DNA of 64,000 nt from a virus. The stretch is taken from positions 64,001 to 128,000 of IMG/VR virus record IMGVR_UViG_3300042698_000029; one strand, given 5' to 3'. Under the pieces are notes generated by a model. The model had not been told where the DNA came from. It did no database searches and worked only from the letters and a program-made list of their open reading frames with translations. Below are positions 38,101-47,358 of the stretch, one piece after another (position 1 is the stretch's first letter; each line of letters opens with the position of its first letter). The position numbers and the translations under genes are program-made.

Positions 38101-38463
38101 TCAGAGCTGTACGGAGGTCTGACCGGGGATCTGCGGGGCGGGACGCCGGACGCGGATGTCTCCCCGTCGCGGAGAGGTCTCGATCAGCTCATCCACTTTG
38201 GCCCAGTAAGCCGACGCCTCCGCTGGGTCCATCCCTTCCCAGACCTCGTACCAGGCGCGGATCCCCGGAAGGCTTTCGATGAACCAGGAGTAGCCGGAGA
38301 CGTTGTCCGGTCCGCAGGTAGTGATGTCCGGCTTGGGGAACCCGTTGGTGCTGTGGATCCAGTTGTTGACCTTGCCAGGGTCGATTCCGCCCAGGTAAAC
38401 GGCGACCGCGCGGGTGCCGTACGTCTGGACGCCGTGGATTCGCAGGCCGTCAGGGGTCCTCAT
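38101..38463 (-). CDS. Putative HTH DNA-binding protein
   Basis: RAVAVYLGGIDPGKVNNW......FPKPD. Confidence 0.55.
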   Translation of the reverse strand: MRTPDGLRIHGVQTYGTRAVAVYLGGIDPGKVNNWIHSTNGFPKPDITTCGPDNVSGYSWFIESLPGIRAWYEVWEGMDPAEASAYWAKVDELIETSPRRGDIRVRRPAPQIPGQTSVQL

Positions 38464-38543
38464 GATGCGGTCTCCTCTTCTGGGGCAGGAGAGGGGCGTC
38501 CGGGTGCATGAGGACGCCCCTCGGTTTCCGGTGGTGCGGCTGG

Positions 38544-38732
38544 TCAGCTCTTCTTGTTGCCCTGGTCGTCGTTCTTGGGGGCAACGGCCGCTATGGCCGC
38601 CATCGTGCCACCCGCCAGCAGGGCGGTGCCGGGACCGGAGACGGAGGCGAGGCTGACGACAGCAGCGGCAGCCGCGCCCCCCTTGGCGACGGTCGAGGCG
38701 GATGCGTTGGTGAGCTTGTCCTTGAGGCCCAT
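38544..38732 (-). CDS. Small Ala/Gly-rich membrane protein
   Basis: AAGGAGA RBS; hydrophobic core. Confidence 0.6.
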   Translation of the reverse strand: MGLKDKLTNASASTVAKGGAAAAAVVSLASVSGPGTALLAGGTMAAIAAVAPKNDDQGNKKS

Positions 38733-38796
38733 GGTGATCTCCTTGATGGATGGCGGTGAGGGTTTCTGTTCCTTACCATCATCCATCGCAAGGGCG

Positions 38797-38807
38797 TGTC
38801 AGGATAG
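38797..38807 (-). promoter_or_regulatory. Operator-like site CTATCCTGACA
   Basis: Part of a 15-bp match (AATCTATCCTGACAC) to 31174-31188. Confidence 0.55.
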
Positions 38808-38828
38808 ATTAGACTGAGGTGACCTGCG

Positions 38829-39851
38829 TCACGACGCCAAGACCCCCACCGCCTGCCAGGCCCGCTCCACCGAGGTCTTCACCTGCGAGAAAGGCCCGAA
38901 CCGTTCCGAGGCCGCCGAGACCGTCGCCGTGGCAAACGCCAGGAAACTGGACGTCGGACCCACGCGTCCCTGAAGAATGGTGTCCAGCCACACGCGGCCC
39001 GTCTGCTCCCAGGCATGACCGCCCACCGACACCGAGGCCAGGTAGAAGGCGTGGTTCGGAATGCCGGAGTTGATGTGCACCCCGCCGTTGTCCTTCGACG
39101 TCTGGACGTACTTCGCCATCGTCGCGGGCTGCGGATCCCGGCCCAGCTTGCGGTCGTTGTACGCAGTGCCCGGGGCCTTCAGGGACCGCAGCGCCGTGCC
39201 CTGCACGGTGGAAGTGAAGATCCCCTCACCGATGAGCCAGCTGGCCTCTTCCGCCGTCTCATCCAGGGCATACTGCTCCGCGAGAACCCCGAAGACGTCC
39301 GCGAAGGACTCATTGAGCGCGCCGGACTGGCCGTGGTACTGAAGGCCGACCGTGTTCTGGACGATTCCATGCCCGATCTCGTGAGCGACGACCGTGGAGT
39401 CCGAGAGGAATGTGTCGAAGTACACGTCGTCGCCGTCGCCGATGGCGAGGAGCTCCCCGTTCCAGAACGCGTTGGCGTAGGCCTGTCCGTAGTGAGCCAC
39501 ACAGGGAAGGTCAGTTCCGGCCCCGTTCACCCCCGACCAGCCATAGACGTCGTAGAGGAACTCCAGGATCTCGCCGGACATACGCCACAGCCGGTTGGCC
39601 TCCCCGTCCTCCACTTCGGGGTCCAGGTCGTCGCGGAGCATCGTGCCGGGGAGTGACCACCCCTCTTCGGCCGTCCACACGGATCGGTTGGCGGGCACCG
39701 TAGCGGCCGTCAGCAGCGGGTCGGGAGGGATCAGCGAGCGCATCGCCCGCACAGCCGCGTCTTTGCCGAAGTCCCGCCGGACTTTCAGAGCCCGCTCCGC
39801 CACAGGCAGGCGCTCGACCAGGTGGGGAGGGATGATGAAGCATTGGGTCAT
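38829..39851 (-). CDS. Protealysin-like M4 (thermolysin family) metalloprotease
   Basis: CFIIPPHL propeptide, NAFWNG, HEIGH, GALNESFAD, DNGGVHINSG. Confidence 0.93.
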   Translation of the reverse strand: MTQCFIIPPHLVERLPVAERALKVRRDFGKDAAVRAMRSLIPPDPLLTAATVPANRSVWTAEEGWSLPGTMLRDDLDPEVEDGEANRLWRMSGEILEFLYDVYGWSGVNGAGTDLPCVAHYGQAYANAFWNGELLAIGDGDDVYFDTFLSDSTVVAHEIGHGIVQNTVGLQYHGQSGALNESFADVFGVLAEQYALDETAEEASWLIGEGIFTSTVQGTALRSLKAPGTAYNDRKLGRDPQPATMAKYVQTSKDNGGVHINSGIPNHAFYLASVSVGGHAWEQTGRVWLDTILQGRVGPTSSFLAFATATVSAASERFGPFSQVKTSVERAWQAVGVLAS

Positions 39852-39880
39852 ACCGGACAGGATCGCCGTACGCTGAGCTC

Positions 39881-40474
39881 ATGAACGGCTACGACATGAT
39901 CTGCGAGGCGGTCAAAGCGTCCCGGACAACCCGGATGCCGGAAGCAGCCACCACCCCTGCCACCCCTGCCCGACCCCTGAGTTCCTACGCCGAGGCGGGA
40001 GGTACCAAACGGTCCGACGGCAAGTCGTCGCAGGACAAGAACGGCGGCAACCGCTACGACATCTCCACGCCCGAGAAGAAGCGCAAGGCTCTCGCGGCAG
40101 CCCGTCGCAGCGACAACCCCGAAGACCTCAAGCGCCTGCGAGGCAAGGTCGCCGAGTCCTGCCTCCTTCCCCCGCTCTATCCGCGCGAAGCGGTGTCGTC
40201 AGGCGATTTCCCGGCCTTCGGAGAAGCCGAACTCACTGCCAAGCGCCGCAACAGCCTCCCGGCCAGCGCCTTCGCCGGTCCGAACCGTACGTACCCCATC
40301 GACACTGAGGCCCGAGCTCGGGCGGCTATCGCCCGCGTCCGACAGTTCGGCAGCCCCGAGCTCCAGCGCCGGGTGATCGCGGCGGTGAAGCGCCGTTACC
40401 CCAACATGGATGTGGAGGCGAAGTCAGGCAAGCCCACCGTGTCCTCCCCTTCTCAGCGCCGGAAGAAGAAGTAA
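39881..40474 (+). CDS. Basic protein with DUF6582-like domain
   Basis: LTAKRRNSLPASAFAGP.RTYPIDT.ARARAAIARV.QFG. Confidence 0.6.
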   Translation: MNGYDMICEAVKASRTTRMPEAATTPATPARPLSSYAEAGGTKRSDGKSSQDKNGGNRYDISTPEKKRKALAAARRSDNPEDLKRLRGKVAESCLLPPLYPREAVSSGDFPAFGEAELTAKRRNSLPASAFAGPNRTYPIDTEARARAAIARVRQFGSPELQRRVIAAVKRRYPNMDVEAKSGKPTVSSPSQRRKKK

Positions 40475-40540
40475 CCGGCTACGCCAGTGAGCCCCTGGAG
40501 AGGCGACCGGACCCTCCAGGGGCTCATCGGATGTTCACCG

Positions 40541-41020
40541 TCAGAACGTGATGAAGTCCATGACGTCCTGTACTCCCTTGACGAAGTCCTTCAACTCCGG
40601 TTCTCCGGTGACCACCACGGAAGGGACGTCCCCCGGGGGAATCGCCTGGCGGAGGGGCTCGGAGGAGTACACGATCAGCACCGGGCCCGCCTCCACGACG
40701 GCCTGCGAGTCGGGGGAGTCGTCTGTCACGATCACACCGCACACGACGTCCAGGTATCCCGCCATGCGAAGGGCATGAGCGGCCACCTCGCCGGTTGACA
40801 GGATCAGCTGGGGCTCTGAGTCGTCCAGGGCCGGAAACGCGCCGGAGAAGGTGATGTGGTGGTATCTGACACCCCCTTTGACGGGGTCGTCCCCCAGCTC
40901 GTCATCGGCAATCAGGCAGTCGACCTCGTGCCCGGCCTCGGCCAGGGCCTCCATGAGCTGGATGGTCAAGGTGTCTTCGACTTCGACCGGATCCCGGTCT
41001 AGAAGTACGGTGATCTTCAT
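40541..41020 (-). CDS. Acidic Rossmann-like protein (GT4 N-terminal-like)
   Basis: MKITVLL...LMEALAEAGHEVDCL. Confidence 0.5.
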   Translation of the reverse strand: MKITVLLDRDPVEVEDTLTIQLMEALAEAGHEVDCLIADDELGDDPVKGGVRYHHITFSGAFPALDDSEPQLILSTGEVAAHALRMAGYLDVVCGVIVTDDSPDSQAVVEAGPVLIVYSSEPLRQAIPPGDVPSVVVTGEPELKDFVKGVQDVMDFITF

Positions 41021-41123
41021 TGTTTCTCCTTCGGGACACAACGAAGCCCGGACCAGGGAGAAGAGTTCAAGGTCCGGGCTCCGCCACGGTGCTGCGCGAT
41101 CCTATCGGATTGAGGGGGCTGCG

Positions 41124-42137
41124 TCAGTTCAGGACGAGCAGCTTCGTGCCGGGCAGCAGGACCCGGTTGACGGAGGTGCTCTTCACGAAGATCTCGTACT
41201 TGTCGTTGTGATCGGGCTTGACCTTCACGTTGTCCCGGCCGAGGCCGAGCATGTCGCGCACCTGGTCACCGGCGTAGATCTGGCTCGTGGACTTCTCCAG
41301 GATCATGATCTCCTTGTTCCCCTGGATCTCCTCGCGCTTGGTGAGCTGGTAGAACGCCTTGCCCAGCCGGTACTTGATGCCGCACTGGTCCTCGACCCAC
41401 GCCTTGATGGCGGTACGGGCGGTGACCGGAACCAGCATGTAGTCGACCGGCTTCAGAGGCGTGAGAGCCGCCTGCTGGATGGCTTCTGCGTTGACCGCGT
41501 CCGCACCGGTGGAGAAGACGGCCCGCGACCCCCGGATGCCCGACGCGCGTCCGGTCATGAATGCGCTGGTCGCCGTACGGACCGCCGAGAAGCCGTCCTC
41601 CAGGCCCTTGCGGGAGGTGGCGTCCCAGATGGCGATGTTGTTCACCGGGAAGCCGTAGTTGACGGCGTACTGCTCGCCGCGCCGGTCCGGTACCAGGGTC
41701 GCCACCGTCCAGTGGTCGGGCATCTTCTCGAACCAGTTGGTGAGGTCGTACTTGCTGCGCTTGGACCGGTTCTCCTGGCCGTCGGTGATCACGAAGGACA
41801 GAAAGGCATGGTCTCCGTGCAGCTGCGCCGTCTGCGCCAGTTCCTCCTGGGACTGGAGAGTGGCATCGATCAGAGCCGTCCATCCCTGGGTCTTGTAGTG
41901 ATCCTTCAGCGACGGCAGGCGCAGGACGTCCTTGTCGTAGAAGAGGCACCGGACCTCGGTGTCGAAGGTGTAGACGGTGATGCGGGTCTCCTGATCGAGG
42001 CGCTTGGACTCCTCGGCGAGGTAGCGGATCTGGTCGTCCACGACACGAATCACGTCGCGGTGCAGGCTGTACATCGAGTCCGACGCGTCAATCACGAGTG
42101 CCACGTGATTGATCAGGTTCTGGACGGGCTTGGACAT
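41124..42137 (-). CDS. VWA-domain protein
   Basis: VALVIDASDSM (MIDAS), TALIDA, VITDGQEN. Confidence 0.85.
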   Translation of the reverse strand: MSKPVQNLINHVALVIDASDSMYSLHRDVIRVVDDQIRYLAEESKRLDQETRITVYTFDTEVRCLFYDKDVLRLPSLKDHYKTQGWTALIDATLQSQEELAQTAQLHGDHAFLSFVITDGQENRSKRSKYDLTNWFEKMPDHWTVATLVPDRRGEQYAVNYGFPVNNIAIWDATSRKGLEDGFSAVRTATSAFMTGRASGIRGSRAVFSTGADAVNAEAIQQAALTPLKPVDYMLVPVTARTAIKAWVEDQCGIKYRLGKAFYQLTKREEIQGNKEIMILEKSTSQIYAGDQVRDMLGLGRDNVKVKPDHNDKYEIFVKSTSVNRVLLPGTKLLVLN

Positions 42138-42300
42138 GGTCTTCCCCTTCACTACGGAGGCTTTGAGACAGCCTTATCATCTCAGCCCCCACTGACAATT
42201 GCGCTGACCTGCTGTTGTACCCGGCGGCCGGGCAGACCGTGCAGTGCCACCCCGAGGGGGTGTCGGCGACCTGGGCCCCGCAGTTCGGACAGTTCATCAC
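42088..42300 (-). CDS. Small zinc-ribbon protein
   Basis: CPNC...CTVC. Confidence 0.5.
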   Translation of the reverse strand: MMNCPNCGAQVADTPSGWHCTVCPAAGYNSRSAQLSVGAEMIRLSQSLRSEGEDHVQARPEPDQSRGTRD

Positions 42301-42304
42301 GCAC

Positions 42305-42484
42305 CTACTTCCGTGGCCTGGGACTGGACGAGGTCTTCTTGGTCTTCTTCTTGTGGTCGATGTCGAGCTCGATGCCGGTGCCGGTGCTCTCCGAGACGCA
42401 GGAGGACACCCCCACTGCGATGAAAACGATCAGGACGATGGCGATGATGGCCAGGTAGAGGGTCTTGGTCTTTCGAGAAGCCAT
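42305..42484 (-). CDS. 59-aa membrane/lipoprotein-like peptide
   Basis: MASRKTKTLYLAIIAIVLIVFIAVGVSSC...; AAGGAGA RBS; hand-translated. Confidence 0.6.
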   Translation of the reverse strand: MASRKTKTLYLAIIAIVLIVFIAVGVSSCVSESTGTGIELDIDHKKKTKKTSSSPRPRK

Positions 42485-42494
42485 GGTGCTCTCC

Positions 42495-42593
42495 TTAGAT
42501 GTTGCGGCCGACGACGGCGCAGAGAAAGAGGAACGAACCAGCCACGAACGTGGCGCCCAGAACGAGGACCAGGGAGTTGCGTAAAGCCTTCAC
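42495..42593 (-). CDS. 32-aa single-TM peptide containing a TTA codon
   Basis: VKALRNSLVLVLGATFVAGSFLFLCAVVGRNI; GAAAGGA RBS. Confidence 0.5.
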   Translation of the reverse strand: MKALRNSLVLVLGATFVAGSFLFLCAVVGRNI

Positions 42594-42605
42594 GGTGGAG
42601 TCCTT

Positions 42606-42689
42606 TCAGAGGAACAGAACGGGCAGGTACAGCGTCCCGGCGAGCAGCAGGGCCAGAGCGAGGAGCTGTACTTTCTCTCGGAGATTCAC
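42606..42689 (-). CDS. 27-aa single-TM peptide
   Basis: VNLREKVQLLALALLLAGTLYLPVLFL, starts 2 nt after M23 stop. Confidence 0.45.
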   Translation of the reverse strand: MNLREKVQLLALALLLAGTLYLPVLFL

Positions 42690-42691
42690 GG

Positions 42692-43255
42692 TTACCCCTT
42701 GGAGTTGAGCCAGGTGGTCGGGTTGATGTCATCCCGGTAGTTCGGTCCCGTGCGGACCTCGAAGTGCAGGTGCGGGCCGGTGGACTTCATGCCGGTTCCC
42801 CCGGAGAAAGCGACCCGGTCCCCCACGTTCACGGTGTCGCCGACCTTGACCAGCGTCTTGGACAGGTGGGCGTACTGGGTGTACAGCTTGTCGCCGTGCT
42901 TGATGACCAGGGCGATGCCGTACGCCGAGCCGTCCACGTTCCACCCGGCCTTTACGACCTTGCCGGACGCAGCCGCGCGGACCGGGGTGCCTGACCGTGC
43001 CGGGTAGTCGACGCCCGTGTGGTAGCCGGTGGCCCACTGGGATCCCGCGTACTTGTACGGGGTGTTGACCTCCAGGTCCACTGGCGCCATCCGGTCCCCT
43101 TTGAACTTGGGGGCCTTCGGCAGCGAGGTCTGATGTCGGTCGACCTGCTGTGCTCCGGCCGCGTACGCCTCGGGGTACAGGGCGTCTTCCACGGCGAACC
43201 AGGCGCCGACGCAGAGGAACGCACCTACGCCGACGCCGATCATCTTGAGTCCCAT
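42692..43255 (-). CDS. M23-family peptidoglycan endopeptidase with N-terminal signal/TM
   Basis: HTGVD, YAHL, STGPHLHFEVR. Confidence 0.93.
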   Translation of the reverse strand: MGLKMIGVGVGAFLCVGAWFAVEDALYPEAYAAGAQQVDRHQTSLPKAPKFKGDRMAPVDLEVNTPYKYAGSQWATGYHTGVDYPARSGTPVRAAASGKVVKAGWNVDGSAYGIALVIKHGDKLYTQYAHLSKTLVKVGDTVNVGDRVAFSGGTGMKSTGPHLHFEVRTGPNYRDDINPTTWLNSKG

Positions 43256-43261
43256 GACTGA

Positions 43262-43483
43262 TCACGCCTTTCCGGGGCAGTGGTGAAGCGCGATGCGCAG
43301 GTGTACGTCCTGGAGATTGATCTCGTAGTCCGCCCGCATGAAGGAGAACTCCGCGTCTTCCGCAGAGAGGACCTTGTTGGAGGGGACCTCTTCTCCGCAG
43401 GGGAGGTGCTTGATGAAAAGCTCGCCGTTGTAGTTCCCCGCCTCGATGAGGTATTCGGAGAGGACGATGTGAGGGTCCGACAT
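43262..43483 (-). CDS. Hypothetical protein
   Basis: GAGGAG RBS. Confidence 0.6.
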   Translation of the reverse strand: MSDPHIVLSEYLIEAGNYNGELFIKHLPCGEEVPSNKVLSAEDAEFSFMRADYEINLQDVHLRIALHHCPGKA

Positions 43484-43492
43484 GATTACTCC

Positions 43493-44026
43493 TCAGTACG
43501 GCGTAGGGGCCGCGTCGAAAGACCCGTAGCGGCGGGTGGCGTACAGGGCTCCGGCGCACAGGTTCGCCACCGGGTCGTAGCCGTCGTTGCTGGTGCCGTC
43601 GCAGTGGTTGGCCTTGAAGGTGGGTCCTATGACCTGGACCAGGCCCTTCGAGGGGACCCCGTTGATGGCGTTGATGTCGTCGGGGTTGCAGATGTATGGG
43701 TTGCCCCCCGACTCGTCCTTGATGTGCCGCCAGTAGCCCGCCCGGGTGGCCTTCACACCGTGCTTCTCACCTGCCGCCATGGCTTCGGTGATCCACAGGT
43801 TGATCTGCTCGTCGGAGGCCACCTGGCCGTTCTTGCGGGAGCACGTGGCAGGCGACTTCCACTCTCCCCAAGCGCCTGTGGTCGACTGCGGAACGTTTCC
43901 GCTGTACCCCGAGGCGTCGGAGTCGGAGGAGTAGTTCGGGACCAGAGGCGGTGCGAAAGCGACCGTGGCCCCGATGACGACCCAGCTGCCCCCGAACATC
44001 AGGGCGGCCTTCACTCGACGGTCCAT
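43493..44026 (-). CDS. Secreted SLT lytic transglycosylase
   Basis: ESGGNP, DINA..G.PSKGL.Q.I.PTF, DPVAN..A...Y...RYG. Confidence 0.9.
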   Translation of the reverse strand: MDRRVKAALMFGGSWVVIGATVAFAPPLVPNYSSDSDASGYSGNVPQSTTGAWGEWKSPATCSRKNGQVASDEQINLWITEAMAAGEKHGVKATRAGYWRHIKDESGGNPYICNPDDINAINGVPSKGLVQVIGPTFKANHCDGTSNDGYDPVANLCAGALYATRRYGSFDAAPTPY

Positions 44027-44114
44027 GGCTCCTCCTTATCGGGAAAGTCTGTCTGGATAAGAGTGTGGCCCCCGACATCGCCGGGGGCCAGCTTTGGAGC
44101 ATGTGAGTCGCGTC

Positions 44115-44240
44115 TCAGTCCTTCGGCAGGTCGTCGTGCGACCCCTTCCGCTGGTGGACCATCTTGTCGGAGAGCGACTTCTTGTCGTCGTCTCCCTTGT
44201 CGTCCTTCTTGCCCTTCCAGTCCTTGCCCACGGTGGACAC
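44115..44240 (-). CDS. 41-aa K/D-rich microprotein
   Basis: VSTVGKDWKGKKDDKGDDDKKSLSDKMVHQRKGSHDDLPKD; purine-rich RBS; start uncertain. Confidence 0.45.
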   Translation of the reverse strand: MSTVGKDWKGKKDDKGDDDKKSLSDKMVHQRKGSHDDLPKD

Positions 44241-44312
44241 CTCCCTTTCCTTCGCAACGATCCTGCGGGGAAAGGACGGCCAAATCCACAGAGGAAGGCT
44301 GTGATTTGTGTC

Positions 44313-44810
44313 TCAGAGTTCTGCGGGAAGGGCCATGTGGCGACGGGCGTACATGATGCGCCTCACCCGGGGCTTCTGCGGCACCACGGGGATCTGCGCC
44401 GTCGGGGGGTGCTGCGGCATCGGAGGAACCGGCGGAACTTCCGCTTCCTCCTCCGTGGTCGGCTGGTCAGGGAACAGGATCTCCACCACGGTCAGCAGGC
44501 GGGTGTCCGGCTCGATGAACGTAACCCACGCAACCGCGCAGACGGGCCCGATCGCGTACCGGCGGCGGCAGGAGATGCCTTCCTCGGCTTCACCCGTTTC
44601 CCGGGGGTCCGCCCGCTGGCAGATCCTCTCCAGCTCCCCCTCTACTTGAGAGAGGAGATCGAACGGAAGAGCTCCGAGCTGAGCCTGGGCGGAGTCCGTG
44701 TACCGGAGCGTGAACTCCTCGAAGGTTCGGATCTTCTTCAAAATTCGCCCACGTTCCCGCAGAGTGGGCAGTAGTACTTCCTGTTGACTCCATCTACGAG
44801 GTTCCTGCAC
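44313..44810 (-). CDS. RelE/ParE-like protein with Pro-rich tail
   Basis: FTLRYTDSAQAQLGAL...ICQRADP. Confidence 0.45.
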   Translation of the reverse strand: MQEPRRWSQQEVLLPTLRERGRILKKIRTFEEFTLRYTDSAQAQLGALPFDLLSQVEGELERICQRADPRETGEAEEGISCRRRYAIGPVCAVAWVTFIEPDTRLLTVVEILFPDQPTTEEEAEVPPVPPMPQHPPTAQIPVVPQKPRVRRIMYARRHMALPAEL

Positions 44811-44873
44811 CTGTCACACGTTCCTCTCGTGATCTCCCCCATCATGACCAGCGAAGTTTCCACTGTTTTCTGA

Positions 44874-45311
44874 TCATTTTCCATAGTGGCCTCCCCTGTA
44901 GTGCTTAACGGCTTTCCGCGTGAGCAGGTCCTCCACAGCCAGGAGAGTCAACGGCAGAACGGTCCCGTCGGCAAGGAACTGTCCACCCAGGACAAGCTCC
45001 CCCACCGACCCCTCACGATCCGGGAACGCGTTGGTGGTGACGTCCGTAACGTGCATCACCGTGCCCGGCTCCATCCGCAGCCCCGTCTCCCGCTGCGGAA
45101 AGGGCCGGTCAGGGGGCCACAGGATGTCAGCGTGTACTTCACGGTCCTCATCGGCGAGGAACACCAAGTGCATGGTGTGATGAGAGATTGTCTGAGGATC
45201 CACGTCTTCTCCCTCGGTCGAGCCGTTAAGCAGGGCAGCGTAGCCGAAACAAGAGGGTGTGAAGGACGCTTCGGTGCGGATAACGGTTGGGTCAAACCGT
45301 TCATCGAACAC
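44874..45311 (-). CDS. Hypothetical protein
   Basis: Open frame; start uncertain. Confidence 0.45.
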   Translation of the reverse strand: MFDERFDPTVIRTEASFTPSCFGYAALLNGSTEGEDVDPQTISHHTMHLVFLADEDREVHADILWPPDRPFPQRETGLRMEPGTVMHVTDVTTNAFPDREGSVGELVLGGQFLADGTVLPLTLLAVEDLLTRKAVKHYRGGHYGK

Positions 45312-45379
45312 TCACCAGAGATTTGTCCCAAAACGGTACTCTTGGGTAGATAACCCTCCCGCAGCAGAGGAAGTACTTC

Positions 45380-45634
45380 ATGGCACTCACCCCGCGTCTT
45401 CGCGCCATCGCCGAGGACGGTTGTTCGGAGCTCATCAAGATCGACCAGGACGGCGGAGTCCTGAAGCTGGACATGGACGGTGTGCTGGTCGAGCTGCCCA
45501 ACGGCTACGTCAGCACCGAGGTCTACGACGACCGCGTCTACGTCTCCGTGTCCGCCTGGTACTGCGCGGACCGCGTCGAGCTCACCGGCACCCCCTCGGA
45601 GCCGCCGGAGGAGGAGGAAGACCCGGAGGACTGA
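45380..45634 (+). CDS. Acidic hypothetical protein
   Basis: GAGGAAG RBS. Confidence 0.6.
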   Translation: MALTPRLRAIAEDGCSELIKIDQDGGVLKLDMDGVLVELPNGYVSTEVYDDRVYVSVSAWYCADRVELTGTPSEPPEEEEDPED

Positions 45635-45728
45635 TCCCCTGTCGGAGGCAGGTCTCCGGACGCTGCACTGTGCCCACAGTCGACGCGCGTCCGGAGACTT
45701 GCGGGAGCCTAGCTCCGTTCTCCGGTGG

Positions 45729-46337
45729 TTACGCGGAGGCGCGCACGATGCCGTCCACCTTGCGGCGGATCTCATCCATGGACAACGGGTACGGGTCGAT
45801 CTTCCCCAGCTGCCACTCGGAGTGGCCGATCACCGAAGTCGACCCGTTGCGGCCCCAGTTGTGCGCCTTGATCAGAGCAGCCGAAGCCAGCACCACCGCC
45901 CGTACCTGTTCGTCGGGCCACGGGTCGTCGCCATCGCCGAGGTTCACGCACTCGAAGCCGTAGAAGTGACGGTTGCCATCGACGGTGACTGCTTTCTTCT
46001 TGGGGAGGGACGTTTCTGCGATGACCGCTTTCAGGACGTCCGGGTCACCCAGACCCGCATGGTTGCAGCGGCCCCACCCGGTGAGGTAAACCGTGCCGTC
46101 CTTCGCGATCAGGCCCTGGGACAAAGGCCCCGGCAGATCCGGACGACCCCGGATGATTGTTTCCAGAGTGCCCTTGAGGCCTCGCGTCACGGTGTGGTGG
46201 ATCATCACCCCGTGGACGGGACCCCAGGGGCCCTTGTGGTTCCTGTTCCTTGTCTTCCAGCCGCTCGTCTCGACCACACGCAGTCCGGTCTGACGCAGGG
46301 CTTTCAGCGCGATATCAGCGCTCAGAGGATTCGCCAT
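45729..46337 (-). CDS. N-acetylmuramoyl-L-alanine amidase (Amidase_2), catalytic domain only
   Basis: VMIHHT, GRPDLPGPL, GRCNHAG, GFECVN, VIGHSEW...KIDP. Confidence 0.92.
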   Translation of the reverse strand: MANPLSADIALKALRQTGLRVVETSGWKTRNRNHKGPWGPVHGVMIHHTVTRGLKGTLETIIRGRPDLPGPLSQGLIAKDGTVYLTGWGRCNHAGLGDPDVLKAVIAETSLPKKKAVTVDGNRHFYGFECVNLGDGDDPWPDEQVRAVVLASAALIKAHNWGRNGSTSVIGHSEWQLGKIDPYPLSMDEIRRKVDGIVRASA

Positions 46338-46426
46338 GCAGGCTGTTCTACCCCAATATCGGGCGTTTCGTCGCTTTGCCCCCAAAAACCAAGGGAGGGC
46401 CCGGATCCCTCCAGGCCCTCCCCTCG

Positions 46427-46702
46427 TCAGACCGGCTGTACGGCCTGCTCCCAGCTCGTGGGAAGCAGCTCGGGCTTCGGAGGGACCTTGTTCATGGCGT
46501 CCAGCAAGAGGACCGCTTGAGGCTTGGAGGAGACTTCCAGAGCCTTCGCCCAGGCCCGGTCGAGCTCGACGTCACTCTGGCCGCCCCGGGCCCGTGAGAT
46601 GGTGAGCATCATCTCCGTCCCCCACTCGACGGCTGCGGTGGGTACGCCCGGGGCGAGGCTGCGGACCATCCGCTCGGCCTCGTTCTTCGTCATGCGGGTC
46701 AT
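46427..46702 (-). CDS. Hypothetical protein
   Basis: GAAAGG RBS. Confidence 0.55.
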   Translation of the reverse strand: MTRMTKNEAERMVRSLAPGVPTAAVEWGTEMMLTISRARGGQSDVELDRAWAKALEVSSKPQAVLLLDAMNKVPPKPELLPTSWEQAVQPV

Positions 46703-46783
46703 GAGGTGTACCTTTCTTCTGGCGTAGCAGAGCGCGGCGAAGGGGCCCGTGGTGAGCATCGGGCCCCTTCGGCGTGGGGGAGA

Positions 46784-47197
46784 TCAGACCTTCTTGGCGA
46801 TGACCCACGTGACGTCGGCGGTCTGTTCGGTCACTTCGTCGTCCGAGACCTGCACGCGAGTGGGGAACACATGCATCCCCGGCTCGGGGAAAGTGATGAA
46901 CTCCCCTTCGAAGACGTGGTCCCCGTGGGCCTCGATGATCTCTCGCATGTTGGCCGCGAGGTAGCCGGACGCACCGTGCCCGTTACGAACCGGGACGATA
47001 GAGGAACAGGTCTTCACTGTCTTCTCCCCTTCGTCCGTCTCGCTCGTGACCACCGTGATGTTGAAGACCAGGGACTGGCCGGACTTCCGTCCGCTTTCCC
47101 GGGTGTTCTCGGTGAGGAAGTCCGAGTGCTTGATCTCATTCCACTTCAGTGGAGGGTAGACCCTGACCTCACCGGTGGTCCTGGAGTCGTCACTCAC
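46784..47197 (-). CDS. DUF6205-like actinophage protein
   Basis: TGEVRVYPPLKWNEI..S.F...IIEAHGDHVFEG. Confidence 0.55.
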   Translation of the reverse strand: MSDDSRTTGEVRVYPPLKWNEIKHSDFLTENTRESGRKSGQSLVFNITVVTSETDEGEKTVKTCSSIVPVRNGHGASGYLAANMREIIEAHGDHVFEGEFITFPEPGMHVFPTRVQVSDDEVTEQTADVTWVIAKKV

Positions 47198-47358
47198 TTT
47201 GCCGCCCTTCTCGGTAATTGCCGTTCTGATAAGAAGATACCCCCGGCCGGAACCGGGGGTAAGGGTGGTGCAGGGTGACCTCGGTCACTGGGGGCTGCCC
47301 AGCTTTCGCTCCAGGCGCGCGAGGATCGGATCCAGCGTCCGGTAGATCTCTTCGTCGC

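Noticed and set aside
41124-42137. Ro60/TROVE partner for the Y-like RNA
   Set aside because: VWA domain is N-terminal and there is no HEAT-repeat TROVE region; it is also 17 kb away.
31535-44040. GATAAGG at 31535, 35331, 42172 and 44035 as further operator copies
   Set aside because: They lack the RAC half; at least two are simply part of ribosome-binding sites.
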